From positions 1-58,283 of the forward strand of contig JAJYRE010000019.1 in NCBI GenBank assembly GCA_021794235.1: a stretch of DNA of 58,283 bases. Direction: 5' to 3'. Below the pieces are notes generated by a model that saw nothing but the letters and a program-made list of their open reading frames with translations, ran no database searches and was not told the origin of the DNA. Shown one piece after another: positions 19,738 to 29,642 of the stretch. The position numbers and the translations under genes are program-made. Within the stretch, counting starts at the first letter, position 1; each line of letters starts with the position of its first letter. This DNA is from Nanobdellota archaeon (GTDB lineage Archaea > Nanobdellota > Nanobdellia > Parvarchaeales > Parvarchaeaceae).

Positions 19738-22700
19738 ATGAAAGGAAAACGTAAAGTTTCGAAGAAAAGGGAAGAGTTTCACCAGCAGTCCGCCCTGGAA
19801 TACCTCATAAGCTGGGGCTGGATACTTATTATAGTTGCTGTATCACTTGCTATACTCTACAGTTTCGGAATATTCAGGGTTGGAGCACCACAGACTATAA
19901 TCAGCGGATTCCAGGGGTTATCCGTTACCAATGCGGAGATAAATTCGAGCATGTTTGTCATAGAGATAACCAACAATTTCGGTTCTCCTGTTAATATAAC
20001 TAACGTATCTGCTCAGATAGGAAGCTCAATATTCGATCATGCAGAGTGTGAACTGTCCATATTAACACAAGGCCGTACAACCTTTTGCAGACTGACGCTG
20101 GAAAATATATCAGGTACTGCCGTAACTTCAAGTGTAAATATTAATTTTGTCCCCTACCGTGCAAGGTTGGAACTTATATCCAACGGTACAGTAACCTCCG
20201 CCCTGATTACGGGTCCACTCGCCATCAATACACAGGTAACATACTTCATAGAGACCGGCCTTCCCGTCGGCAGCAATTTTTCCGTAACTTTCGGCGGTGC
20301 AACTGAATATCAACGTGTTTCCGCGGCAGGAGCAAACATAAGCTTTAACAAGCCATTCGGCACCTACCAATACGATGTCCCGCAGATAAATTATCAGGGG
20401 TGTGTAAGTGCGGCCACGCCATCATCTGGAAGTTCAGAAACAAGTACTGTAAATACCGTACCTTTCCTGTCAAACTGCACAACAACATTTATAGAGACTG
20501 GCCTTCCTTCGAGTCAGCAGTGGCATGTGGTGTACGGAGGGGTAAATTCCAGCGTTGCAAATACAGGTTCCAAAATACTTTTCACGCAGAACAAACTCAC
20601 CAGTGTCACATCCCCATCGGTTGTAGCATACAGCAATAATCTTGAGTGTTCATCTCCTACGAGTAATGTTCAGGAGGGCGCGACAGTAAGTTTGGGTTCA
20701 TGGACATGCACAACCACGTTTACAGAGTCCGGCCTTCCTTCGAGTCAGCAGTGGCACACGATATACGGAGGTACCAGCACAAGTAGCGTGAATACAAACT
20801 CGCCTATAACTTTTACACAGACTGGTGTAACAAACGTATCAAACTTTTCATCTACTGCGTACAGTAATTCTCTTTACTGCAATTCCTACAGTTCTCCGGT
20901 ACTATATCAGGGGGCTTCATACAATTTCGGAGCATGGAACTGTACTACAACTTTTACAGAATCAGGCCTTCTGTCAAATCAGCAATGGACTCTAAACTTT
21001 CTTGGAGCAAACTATACGGACAGCACAAATATCGCCAGTGGAACCCAGTCGGGTCCTATAACCATATTCCAGAGCGATATTTCATCCGTAGACACCACGA
21101 TCTCAACAAAAGCCTACAGCAACAGCCTTGCCTGTAATGAGGGACTGTCGCCGGTTTCGCAGGGCCAGACCCTTAATTTCGGCTCCTGGACATGCACAAC
21201 CACATTTACAGAGTCCGGAGTACCTCTCGGATCCAGCGGAAGCGGCATAAGCGGAACGTTAGGATGGTCAGGACTGCTTAACGGGAACAGTGTAGCCTCT
21301 TCAACATCCTCTTCCACTATAAGCTATGTACAGTCCGGTATAAGCACCATATCTTCACTAACAGCAGGAGCGGATACCAATGGACTTAACTGCGGAAGTG
21401 CGAACACCTATTCAATATACCCAGGAGGATCTGCTTCATTTTCCTCATGGAACTGTATAACATCTTTTTCAGAGTCCGGAGTACCTTTAGGATACTCCGG
21501 CGCGGGTTCCAGTACTACGGTTGGTTGGACTGCAGACTATCCCAGTGGAACGGCGATCAACTCTTCCACATCCAGCAGTTCTCTTACCTACAGAGAAAAC
21601 GGAGTTTCATCCATACTGTCCGCTAATTCGAATGCGGTAGTAAACGGTCTGAGCTGCAGCAGTTCAAACACCAACTCTCTTTACTACGGAGGGTCTACCG
21701 CCTTTTCTTTATGGAGCTGCGTGACAACGTTCGGATCGGGCATACCCTCATCGTACAATTCCTACACTTGGGGAATAAACTATGCTGGTCTTCCACCCAC
21801 TAGCGGAACCGGTGTCGGCAATGCAATATCGATTTCAACCACAGTCGGGACTTCAAACGGTCAATCCGCGACCATAAATAATCAACCAATCGATTCGGGA
21901 AGTCTTAGTGGTATAAGCTGCAGTTATAACGCTACAGGCAACTCGTACATGCAGGGTGGCAGTTTTACGCTTAGCGATAGCTACTGGGACTGTAAGACTA
22001 CATTTTCGGAATCGGGCCTCCCAAGTCCGAGTACATATTCGCCATACTATTGGAATATAACGTTCGGAAGCCAATTCCAGGGCGGGAATACCCCAACATC
22101 AAGCTTTACATTTAACAACATTCCTGCAGCAAGTGCAATAGGCTGGCGTACAGGGGGTACAAATTCACAGCTTGCACTTCAGACACAAGCTCCTTGGGTG
22201 GGTCCGATTAGCGGTACAGACGGCGCTGCATTTGGCGATACAAGCGGAACGCAGTCCATATCATTTACAGCTCCAACGTCAGCTGCGTACTACGGCCTTG
22301 TCGTTGTAATTGGTTCCGGTGTTCATGAGATAACCGCCGGATCCGAAAGCATAACTTCATCAGGGAGTACAAGCTCATGCTCTATCAGTTATATCAACGG
22401 TCCGACCGGAAGCATTTTCTCACCTTACGGTGAAACAGGGGCAGTTATCTGGTGCAACCCCGTTACAAACGGCGCGACTTACACTGTAAGCGTGACTGCA
22501 CACACCTCAGGCGCGTACATAGCAATTTCAGACTACTTTATACCCGAGTTAAACACCGCCCAGTATGATTACTTAAACTACTCCGGACAGGGCGGCCCCA
22601 CCGCAAACTGCGTCTCCGGCGGTACAGTGTGCCAGTATTACGCATACTCCGGAAGCACCATTACACCAGGAGGATTCACGAACACCGTTCAGTTCTGCGC

Positions 22701-23004
22701 CGGGGGCATCGGTGGAAACAGCGGTACCTACGAGACTAGCTTATCGATGTTCGCATTAAGCAGTCCTTATTACACTTACTCGATAGAGTCTGCAAACGGC
22801 AACTACGACGAGGCTATAACGGGACATTACAGCATAGGACCCGGTTCCCAATTGACCTGTTTTGCTAATGATGCGACGGAAAATACTGATACGGGGGAGG
22901 CAGTTGCCATGGTTGCGGCATATCCTCCGGGGTATCTAAGTTCAACTACAAGCGGGAGTTTGTATCCGGGGCAATCGACAACACTCTCATACGGACCGAC
23001 TTAA
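19738..23004 (+). CDS. Large surface adhesin A with class III (type IV pilin-like) signal and ~8 Cys-containing Ig-like repeats
   Basis: Basic N-terminus then QSALEYLISWGWILIIV (Glu+5); repeats C-T-T-T-F-x-E-x-GLP...W; S/T/N-rich. Confidence 0.85.
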   Translation: MKGKRKVSKKREEFHQQSALEYLISWGWILIIVAVSLAILYSFGIFRVGAPQTIISGFQGLSVTNAEINSSMFVIEITNNFGSPVNITNVSAQIGSSIFDHAECELSILTQGRTTFCRLTLENISGTAVTSSVNINFVPYRARLELISNGTVTSALITGPLAINTQVTYFIETGLPVGSNFSVTFGGATEYQRVSAAGANISFNKPFGTYQYDVPQINYQGCVSAATPSSGSSETSTVNTVPFLSNCTTTFIETGLPSSQQWHVVYGGVNSSVANTGSKILFTQNKLTSVTSPSVVAYSNNLECSSPTSNVQEGATVSLGSWTCTTTFTESGLPSSQQWHTIYGGTSTSSVNTNSPITFTQTGVTNVSNFSSTAYSNSLYCNSYSSPVLYQGASYNFGAWNCTTTFTESGLLSNQQWTLNFLGANYTDSTNIASGTQSGPITIFQSDISSVDTTISTKAYSNSLACNEGLSPVSQGQTLNFGSWTCTTTFTESGVPLGSSGSGISGTLGWSGLLNGNSVASSTSSSTISYVQSGISTISSLTAGADTNGLNCGSANTYSIYPGGSASFSSWNCITSFSESGVPLGYSGAGSSTTVGWTADYPSGTAINSSTSSSSLTYRENGVSSILSANSNAVVNGLSCSSSNTNSLYYGGSTAFSLWSCVTTFGSGIPSSYNSYTWGINYAGLPPTSGTGVGNAISISTTVGTSNGQSATINNQPIDSGSLSGISCSYNATGNSYMQGGSFTLSDSYWDCKTTFSESGLPSPSTYSPYYWNITFGSQFQGGNTPTSSFTFNNIPAASAIGWRTGGTNSQLALQTQAPWVGPISGTDGAAFGDTSGTQSISFTAPTSAAYYGLVVVIGSGVHEITAGSESITSSGSTSSCSISYINGPTGSIFSPYGETGAVIWCNPVTNGATYTVSVTAHTSGAYIAISDYFIPELNTAQYDYLNYSGQGGPTANCVSGGTVCQYYAYSGSTITPGGFTNTVQFCAGGIGGNSGTYETSLSMFALSSPYYTYSIESANGNYDEAITGHYSIGPGSQLTCFANDATENTDTGEAVAMVAAYPPGYLSSTTSGSLYPGQSTTLSYGPT
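19807..19856 (+). repeat. 50-bp exact repeat, copy 1 (pilin N-terminal helix)
   Basis: ataagctggggctggatacttattatagttgctgtatcacttgctatact identical at 24435-24484. Confidence 0.95.
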
Positions 23005-23006
23005 TT

Positions 23007-24284
23007 ATGAAAACTAAATCAGCGGTAATCATTGCGGTGGCTATAGTATTACTGGTCGGGCTTTTCGCGTGCTATGCTATAGCGTACATGCCTTTCGGAG
23101 GAACTCCGGCCACGCCTCTGCTTACAACTACATTCCTTCAATCCGGTCTTCCGCAGGGAAGTTCCTGGTCTATTACATTCAACAACGTTACCAAAATTTC
23201 TTCATCTAATTCAATAACATTCAAAACCATAAACGGAAGTTTCAAATTTAACATGTATGCGAATGAGATAAACGTCACTCCCATCAAAAACATAAGTGTC
23301 GGAGTCAGTCCGATGTGGATGACTTACTACCAGAACCTTGATGAGCTTCTTGTAACCAACGATGGCAGCAATACGCTCAGTGTTATCAACACAACAACGG
23401 ATGCGGTAGTTAGGACCGTTAAGGTTGGCTTATTCCCGGCAATACCGATTCTGGACAGTACACTTGGAGTAATATATGTAACCAACATGCATTCGGACAG
23501 CGTCACAGTAATCAATGCATCTAGTTTTAGTGTCATCAAAAATTTATCTACAGGATCCCTTCCCCTTGGCATCGCCCTGGACCCATCGAACGGATATCTT
23601 TATATCGGAAATTCCGGTTCAGGAACCGTCAGTGTAATAGACAGCGTAACCGGCGCAAATGTAACGACAATCAATGTAGGCGGTGCACCAAGAGGCGTTA
23701 CTTACAACCCGGCGAACGGTCATATCTACGTTGCCAATTACGACGAGAACAAAGTAAACGTGATAAACCCCGCATTAAATTCATTTTACAACATAACAGT
23801 CGGCACTAACCCTATGTGGGTCACATACGATCCATATAATCAGTACATCTATGTCGACGATTACGGGTCCAGCAATCTAATGTACATCTCCAACAATAGC
23901 GTCTTGGGTACGATACCTACAGGAATAGATCCGGTAGGTGTGGTATACGCAGGAAATCACCTGATTATGGAGATAAACTACGGATCCGGAACTGTCGGAT
24001 TGATAAATGACACAACAAACAGCGTTATGGTAAATCTGTATGTAAGCCTCACACCTGAAAAGGTTATCGGTAACTACACCAACCAAAACGGTACCTTCTC
24101 ATTCGTCACATACAAGAAGAACCTACCTATGTGGGCGATATACAACAATAATACGGGCCTGTTGTACATGACTTACTTCAGGACTAACTTCGTAAGGACA
24201 TTCAACATGTCTGTACTCCCGGATATGTATATCGGGATTTTATCTGCAGGCTCAAGCAGACAGATAAATTTTAGAAAGCCTTAA
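23007..24284 (+). CDS. Membrane-anchored YncE/YVTN beta-propeller protein with one Ig-like repeat
   Basis: N-terminal TM; FLQSGLPQGSSW repeat; multiple YVTN/YVAN...V-S-VI...I-x-VG-x-x-P blades. Confidence 0.88.
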   Translation: MKTKSAVIIAVAIVLLVGLFACYAIAYMPFGGTPATPLLTTTFLQSGLPQGSSWSITFNNVTKISSSNSITFKTINGSFKFNMYANEINVTPIKNISVGVSPMWMTYYQNLDELLVTNDGSNTLSVINTTTDAVVRTVKVGLFPAIPILDSTLGVIYVTNMHSDSVTVINASSFSVIKNLSTGSLPLGIALDPSNGYLYIGNSGSGTVSVIDSVTGANVTTINVGGAPRGVTYNPANGHIYVANYDENKVNVINPALNSFYNITVGTNPMWVTYDPYNQYIYVDDYGSSNLMYISNNSVLGTIPTGIDPVGVVYAGNHLIMEINYGSGTVGLINDTTNSVMVNLYVSLTPEKVIGNYTNQNGTFSFVTYKKNLPMWAIYNNNTGLLYMTYFRTNFVRTFNMSVLPDMYIGILSAGSSRQINFRKP

Positions 24285-24365
24285 GAATCAGGGTGTTCTA
24301 CCCACAGAACTTTCTTCTGTTTGTGCCCTATATAAACTTTTTAAGCGAAAATATGGTATATTATT

Positions 24366-27197
24366 ATGCAAATCATTCCATCTTCCCATAATTCCAAAAA
24401 AGGCAGGTCTTCCCAATCGGCACTGGAATACCTGATAAGCTGGGGCTGGATACTTATTATAGTTGCTGTATCACTTGCTATACTGTACGGCCTTGGAGTA
24501 TTCAACATTAATAGTCCTAGCACTCTGATTACAGGATTTCAGGGGGTATTGGTAACAGAATCTGCTATTAATTCCAGTATGTTTGTTATCCAGGTATCCA
24601 ACAATTTTGGGACCACAGTTAATCTTACAAACATATCAATACACATCGGCACCCAGACATTCTCTGATTTTTCCTGTGAGATATCCATCTTATCACAGAG
24701 TGGGCAAACACTCTGCAGAGTTAATAATATAACTGCAAATGGGGGCAGCGTTTCCTCCAGCGTCAGAATAGATTTTTTACCCTACAAGTCCCCGCTTGTG
24801 CTGACATCGAATGGAACCATAGTATCCTCACTAATACACGGGAAATTGGCCATAAATACGCAGATAACGTATTTCGTAGAAAACGGGTTACCTATAGGCA
24901 GCAACTTTTCCGCTACTTTCGGCGGGACAACCGGACATAGTGAAGTACTCGCATCCGGGGCAAACGTCAGTTTTGAAAAACCATTTGGAATATACAACTA
25001 TTACATCTCTGTCGTAACATACAAAGGTTGTGTAAGTGATCCGACACCTTCTTCCGGAAGCTCGCGGACTAGTATTGTGAATCAAATATACTTTTCATCA
25101 ACGTGCACAACTACCTTTTCAGAAACCGGGCTCCCGTCCGGCCAGCAATGGCATGTTAAATACGGCGGTTTAAACTCTTCTTCCGGAAACACTGGTTCTC
25201 CCGTATCATTTACACAGACAAAAATAAACCAAGTCTCTTCCCCAGCGGTTGTTGCGTACAGCAATAATCTGACATGCAGTTCCACTTCTCAGAATGTACA
25301 GCAGGGCGGATCGGCCACCCTCGGTTCATGGACATGCACAACATATCTTAATGAGGACGGGCTCCCGTCCGGCCAGCAATGGCATATGCAGTTCGATGGG
25401 ATTAATTCGATCGCTTCCAATACCGGCTCCCTAGCTACGGTAAGTCAATCGGGAATTTCGACAGTATCCGCATACTCCTCTCAGGCTTACGCTAATAATC
25501 TAAATTGTTATTCCTCGACCCAAAATGCGCTTCAGGGTAGTTCAAATGTAAGTCTCGGCAGTTGGACATGTATAACAACCTTCTCACAGTCCGGCCTGCC
25601 AAGTGGATCCTGGTATGCAACATTTGATGGCACTTTGCCGACAGTCAGTACATCGTCGGGAACGACAGTTACGCAGAGCGGTATAAGCACCGTATCAGAA
25701 TATGTTGCAGAAGGGTACCCTACCGGACTTACATGCAACTCATACAATACCCCTTCGCTATACCAGGGTTCTACGTACACATTCAACTCGTGGGACTGCA
25801 ATACCACATTTACCGAATATGGTCTTCCGTCGAGCGAGCAGTGGTATGCAGTGTTTGGCGGAACAAATTCAAACACCGTAGCTACGGGCTCTACAGCTAC
25901 CGTAACGCAATCCAACATAGCTACGATTTCTACTCTTTCCGCCACTGCTTACAGTAACACTCTTGACTGCGCATCTAATTCTAAAAACGTAGAGCAAGGC
26001 ACGGCATCCCAAACTCAACTCGGCACGTGGTCTTGCGTTACAGACTTCCAGCAGATAGGTATGAATTACGGATCCGGTACCTACTATGTTAACTTTAATG
26101 GAACCGACACATCATCTGTAGCGTATAACACCGTTACTAGCGCTGTATATATGAACAACATGAATGTGGTAAACGCCCTGCCGGCAACAGCCTACAGCAA
26201 TAACTACAACTGTTATACGCCCACAAGTAACGTTTACCCCGGATCGCCGCCTGCACCATACGGCCAGTTCCATGGCTATGTCGTCATGACGAATTGGAGG
26301 TGTATCACTACCTTTAATAGCGGATTGCCCTCCCAGTACAGTGGCCTGATCTGGCAAGTTTCAGACGGCGGGAACTCTGCATACGGCTCAGCTACCAGTC
26401 CACTCCAGTTAACATTCACATCCTCATCTTTTCCCGCGACTTATTCAGTATCAGTAACCGGTTCTTCAACCCAAGCATCCAGCGCCGGAAAAGCCTTTGA
26501 CTGTTCAACCTCGGCATCCGTGCCATCCGGTCAGACATACTCCTTTAGTTCAAGTGATTGGACTTGCTATGATAAGTTTTATGAAACGGGATTACCAACG
26601 GGTTACACATGGAGTCTAACATTCGGGGGCGTCACAGGATCCGCATCTTCTGGTAGTTCTATAACACTCACAACAAATGCTGGTTACTTTGGAGATTCAG
26701 CGAAGGCGCCAGGACTGTCGTGCTCGCCAGCAACCAGCTTTACGACTCCGGCAGGCACTTCAGGATTGAATTCAAGTTTTGGTGAAAGCGGTATAGATCA
26801 ATGGGACTGCACAAATTACCTATATTTGACATCCGGGTCCCCTTTCCCCTCATCAACTTACACGGAAACTGCCACTAACAATTTCGGCTTTTCCGGCGAC
26901 TCATGTTCTACGTCATACACATTGAATTGGCAGAATAATAGGACTACTCTGCCCAACGGCGATGCGGGTTTGATATTCCAATCATGTCCTATCTACACCT
27001 CAAATACATATTCATGGAGCATCTGTGGCAGCGGAGGAACCACAAGCGGATGTGCGACTACGATTTTAGGCACCTGTGGCGACGCAGGGCTATTTTCAAG
27101 ATACGAGTGGACTCCCAACGTATCAAGTGCTAGCGGGGAGCCTTTGGGAACAAGTGATTTAATCGGTTTCTCGGTAAGTACGGGAGGGTGTACTTAA
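24366..27197 (+). CDS. Large surface adhesin B, paralog of adhesin A (class III signal plus Ig-like repeats, Cys-rich C-terminus)
   Basis: KKGRSS-QSALEYLISWGWILIIV; collinear with adhesin A for the first ~400 aa; different C-terminal head. Confidence 0.85.
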   Translation: MQIIPSSHNSKKGRSSQSALEYLISWGWILIIVAVSLAILYGLGVFNINSPSTLITGFQGVLVTESAINSSMFVIQVSNNFGTTVNLTNISIHIGTQTFSDFSCEISILSQSGQTLCRVNNITANGGSVSSSVRIDFLPYKSPLVLTSNGTIVSSLIHGKLAINTQITYFVENGLPIGSNFSATFGGTTGHSEVLASGANVSFEKPFGIYNYYISVVTYKGCVSDPTPSSGSSRTSIVNQIYFSSTCTTTFSETGLPSGQQWHVKYGGLNSSSGNTGSPVSFTQTKINQVSSPAVVAYSNNLTCSSTSQNVQQGGSATLGSWTCTTYLNEDGLPSGQQWHMQFDGINSIASNTGSLATVSQSGISTVSAYSSQAYANNLNCYSSTQNALQGSSNVSLGSWTCITTFSQSGLPSGSWYATFDGTLPTVSTSSGTTVTQSGISTVSEYVAEGYPTGLTCNSYNTPSLYQGSTYTFNSWDCNTTFTEYGLPSSEQWYAVFGGTNSNTVATGSTATVTQSNIATISTLSATAYSNTLDCASNSKNVEQGTASQTQLGTWSCVTDFQQIGMNYGSGTYYVNFNGTDTSSVAYNTVTSAVYMNNMNVVNALPATAYSNNYNCYTPTSNVYPGSPPAPYGQFHGYVVMTNWRCITTFNSGLPSQYSGLIWQVSDGGNSAYGSATSPLQLTFTSSSFPATYSVSVTGSSTQASSAGKAFDCSTSASVPSGQTYSFSSSDWTCYDKFYETGLPTGYTWSLTFGGVTGSASSGSSITLTTNAGYFGDSAKAPGLSCSPATSFTTPAGTSGLNSSFGESGIDQWDCTNYLYLTSGSPFPSSTYTETATNNFGFSGDSCSTSYTLNWQNNRTTLPNGDAGLIFQSCPIYTSNTYSWSICGSGGTTSGCATTILGTCGDAGLFSRYEWTPNVSSASGEPLGTSDLIGFSVSTGGCT
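24435..24484 (+). repeat. 50-bp exact repeat, copy 2
   Basis: Identical to 19807-19856. Confidence 0.95.
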
Positions 27198-27221
27198 AAA
27201 TGATAGACTATAAATACTGAA

Positions 27222-27833
27222 ATGGAACGAAGAAGCTTACTGATATCCAGTGTCATTATCGTGATAATCATCTTATTTGCGGCCTTTTATCTGGTCACAA
27301 CGCTAAATTCTAGCATTTATACAAGTAATAGCTCAAAAACATCCGAGTCCTATTACGCACCGTCTCTTCATTACTATAACAGTTCTTCGTTGGTGTTCAA
27401 CTCTACAAATCAGGTTTTTATAACAAATGTCACTAAACTGGGTGAGCAATTCCCTTATGACATTGCTGTTTTTATGTTGCCCAGATACGTGTATGGCAAC
27501 TATACAAATTCAGTTAATTTGAATGCGTCGAGCTACATAGAAGTTTTTCAAAATAAAACTAACGAAAGCATAGGGTATTACTACTCGGACATGATGCACA
27601 CATTAAGTTCATTGGGTATATCTAACTACAGCGTTAAAAATGGAACTACTTTAGGATACCCTTCTTTTTCTATGCATACATCGGTTAAGAACGCGCAGAT
27701 ATACCTAACCATAATAGGCGGACCGTATGGCAGATTTACATACATATCTATGAACAATCTGAATGCTTCGTTTTCATCTGAGATGAACAGTTCGCTGAAT
27801 CAAATTATGAGTTCACTTAACTTCTCGAATTAA
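27222..27833 (+). CDS. Membrane-anchored secreted hypothetical protein
   Basis: N-terminal hydrophobic helix; many N-x-S/T sequons. Confidence 0.75.
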   Translation: MERRSLLISSVIIVIIILFAAFYLVTTLNSSIYTSNSSKTSESYYAPSLHYYNSSSLVFNSTNQVFITNVTKLGEQFPYDIAVFMLPRYVYGNYTNSVNLNASSYIEVFQNKTNESIGYYYSDMMHTLSSLGISNYSVKNGTTLGYPSFSMHTSVKNAQIYLTIIGGPYGRFTYISMNNLNASFSSEMNSSLNQIMSSLNFSN

Positions 27834-27925
27834 GGTTAATACCAGGATATTTTGGCTTGCTATCCAACGAATCCCAAAAGCAAGAGCTTTAAAATATAAA
27901 TTCCATTTTCGAGAGTTACGGTTAA

Positions 27926-28597
27926 TTATGTCCTGTATGACTTTCTCTCGTACTTCGAGTGTAGTTTCTCCAGATAGTTCGTTGTTTTCGTCAGATTTCT
28001 ATCCAGAACCTTTCCATTGCCATCGCAGAACGTCATATTCTGATTTGAATAGAACAATAGAATCTTTCCATTATCAGTGATGTACATATTATCTACGTCG
28101 AAAGTCCCAGTCGGTAGTTTATCGTACTGCCCATTCTTTTTCAGCGTGTCCTTTACAGCATCTAGCTGCGAAATAACGTCTTCAATGAGTTTCAGTTTGG
28201 ACAGTAACGAGTCCCTAGTCTTTTTACCATATCCCAGATGCAAAACTTCCCTTACGGGTTCGGCATTTTTTTCGTTTATAAGATATCCCCTGATATACCC
28301 TTTTTCCACCCCTTCGTCCAGTACCATACCTACCGGCTTCGAAGTATTCTCCGGAAGCATCTTGTTAATCTGTTTTAAGTTCTGGTACTCCTCCTTCATA
28401 TCCCTTGCTGGGAACGGGTTAAAAAGCGAACCAAATACACTTGGAGAGGTTATGGACAGGTATTGCGAAACGCGAGCATTGTAAGTCAGTTCGTCGATCA
28501 TTTTGTACGGGATGTCAGATAGGTTAAGATCCTTCATCCTAATGGCAATATCCTCGTTTATTATGCTATCAAGCCCTTTATCAGTTTTTTTCACCAT
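27926..28597 (-). CDS. Kinase-like fold orphan, paralog of 5751-6605
   Basis: KEEYQNLKQINKMLPENTSKPV...GYLI aligns with KRQYDLVKTINSIIPENSQKPI...GYLV. Confidence 0.6.
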   Translation of the reverse strand: MVKKTDKGLDSIINEDIAIRMKDLNLSDIPYKMIDELTYNARVSQYLSITSPSVFGSLFNPFPARDMKEEYQNLKQINKMLPENTSKPVGMVLDEGVEKGYIRGYLINEKNAEPVREVLHLGYGKKTRDSLLSKLKLIEDVISQLDAVKDTLKKNGQYDKLPTGTFDVDNMYITDNGKILLFYSNQNMTFCDGNGKVLDRNLTKTTNYLEKLHSKYERKSYRT

Positions 28598-29486
28598 TTT
28601 TCTTCGCCTCCTTTCTTTTCATTGTCATAGAGTTCCATTTTGCCAGAACTCCAGCGAGTGCCAGTCTTCCTGCGTATGATGCGGTCTTTGAGGCCGATGT
28701 CACCTTTACTGCCATGGAACCGTAGTAATCTATGTAGTAGCCGCTTCCGAGCCTTGCCTGAAATTTGTACCAGTTGATTACATCAGTCGGATTTACAGAC
28801 ACGTGTCCCATCAGCATGCCTATAGGGTAATAGAAGATACTGTTAGCGGCCCATCCTACCAGACTAAGGCTGGCTAATGATTTCAGCGACCTTATCTTTT
28901 TGTTGAATATCATAGGTATCGCTGCGCCGGCGGCTAATACTCCAAATTTCCATATGCCGTAGCTGTGGCTCGTTGCCACAGGGCTGTTGTCAAGATATGA
29001 AAGAATAGTCGCCCCATACCCTGCAGTGAAGGCGTATGCCGGCAGGCTGCCAAGGTTGTTCTTTTTTATCTCAGGTAATCCGTCATTTTTTCCCGCGAAT
29101 TTGGAATTATATGCTTCCAGCAGCAAGTCAAAGACATTTTTTGATTTTACAGATACAGGTTTCTCTGGATAGTATTCTGTAAGTTTATCCTCTATGCTTC
29201 CTGCTCCTTTTTTGGAGTATTGTTCCACGTATATTCTCCAAGTCATTTCCTTTCCGTCGAGGGCGGTGTTCCTTAAGCCGATATAATAATAATTCCTGTC
29301 TTCCTTGTAAGCGCCAAGAACGATATCGATGCTGCTCGCATCGTCCAATCTAGCAGTGTATTCGAATCCTGCATCTCTGGCGCGTTTTAGAAATTTTTCT
29401 ACGTTTTTGTCAATCTTTGACTTGTCATGCATTTCTTTGTCGTCTGCATCTTTACCCAGATATGTCTCTAAACTTGTCGAATGCAT
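28581..29486 (-). CDS. Hypothetical protein (soluble N-half, hydrophobic C-half)
   Basis: 301-aa ORF overlapping the next gene by 17 nt; several moderately hydrophobic segments. Confidence 0.7.
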   Translation of the reverse strand: MHSTSLETYLGKDADDKEMHDKSKIDKNVEKFLKRARDAGFEYTARLDDASSIDIVLGAYKEDRNYYYIGLRNTALDGKEMTWRIYVEQYSKKGAGSIEDKLTEYYPEKPVSVKSKNVFDLLLEAYNSKFAGKNDGLPEIKKNNLGSLPAYAFTAGYGATILSYLDNSPVATSHSYGIWKFGVLAAGAAIPMIFNKKIRSLKSLASLSLVGWAANSIFYYPIGMLMGHVSVNPTDVINWYKFQARLGSGYYIDYYGSMAVKVTSASKTASYAGRLALAGVLAKWNSMTMKRKEAKKNGEKN

Positions 29487-29642
29487 ATATTATTACTGGG
29501 ATATTCCTATATAAACCTTTTACCATTAAGAAATAACTAATTTAGTGTATATTATGTCTTTCCGGTCTCTTTACGTTCTCCCAGTACGTCCGATTTTGTT
29601 GTCCGATTAAAACTATAAATATACCAAATTTATCAATATTCT

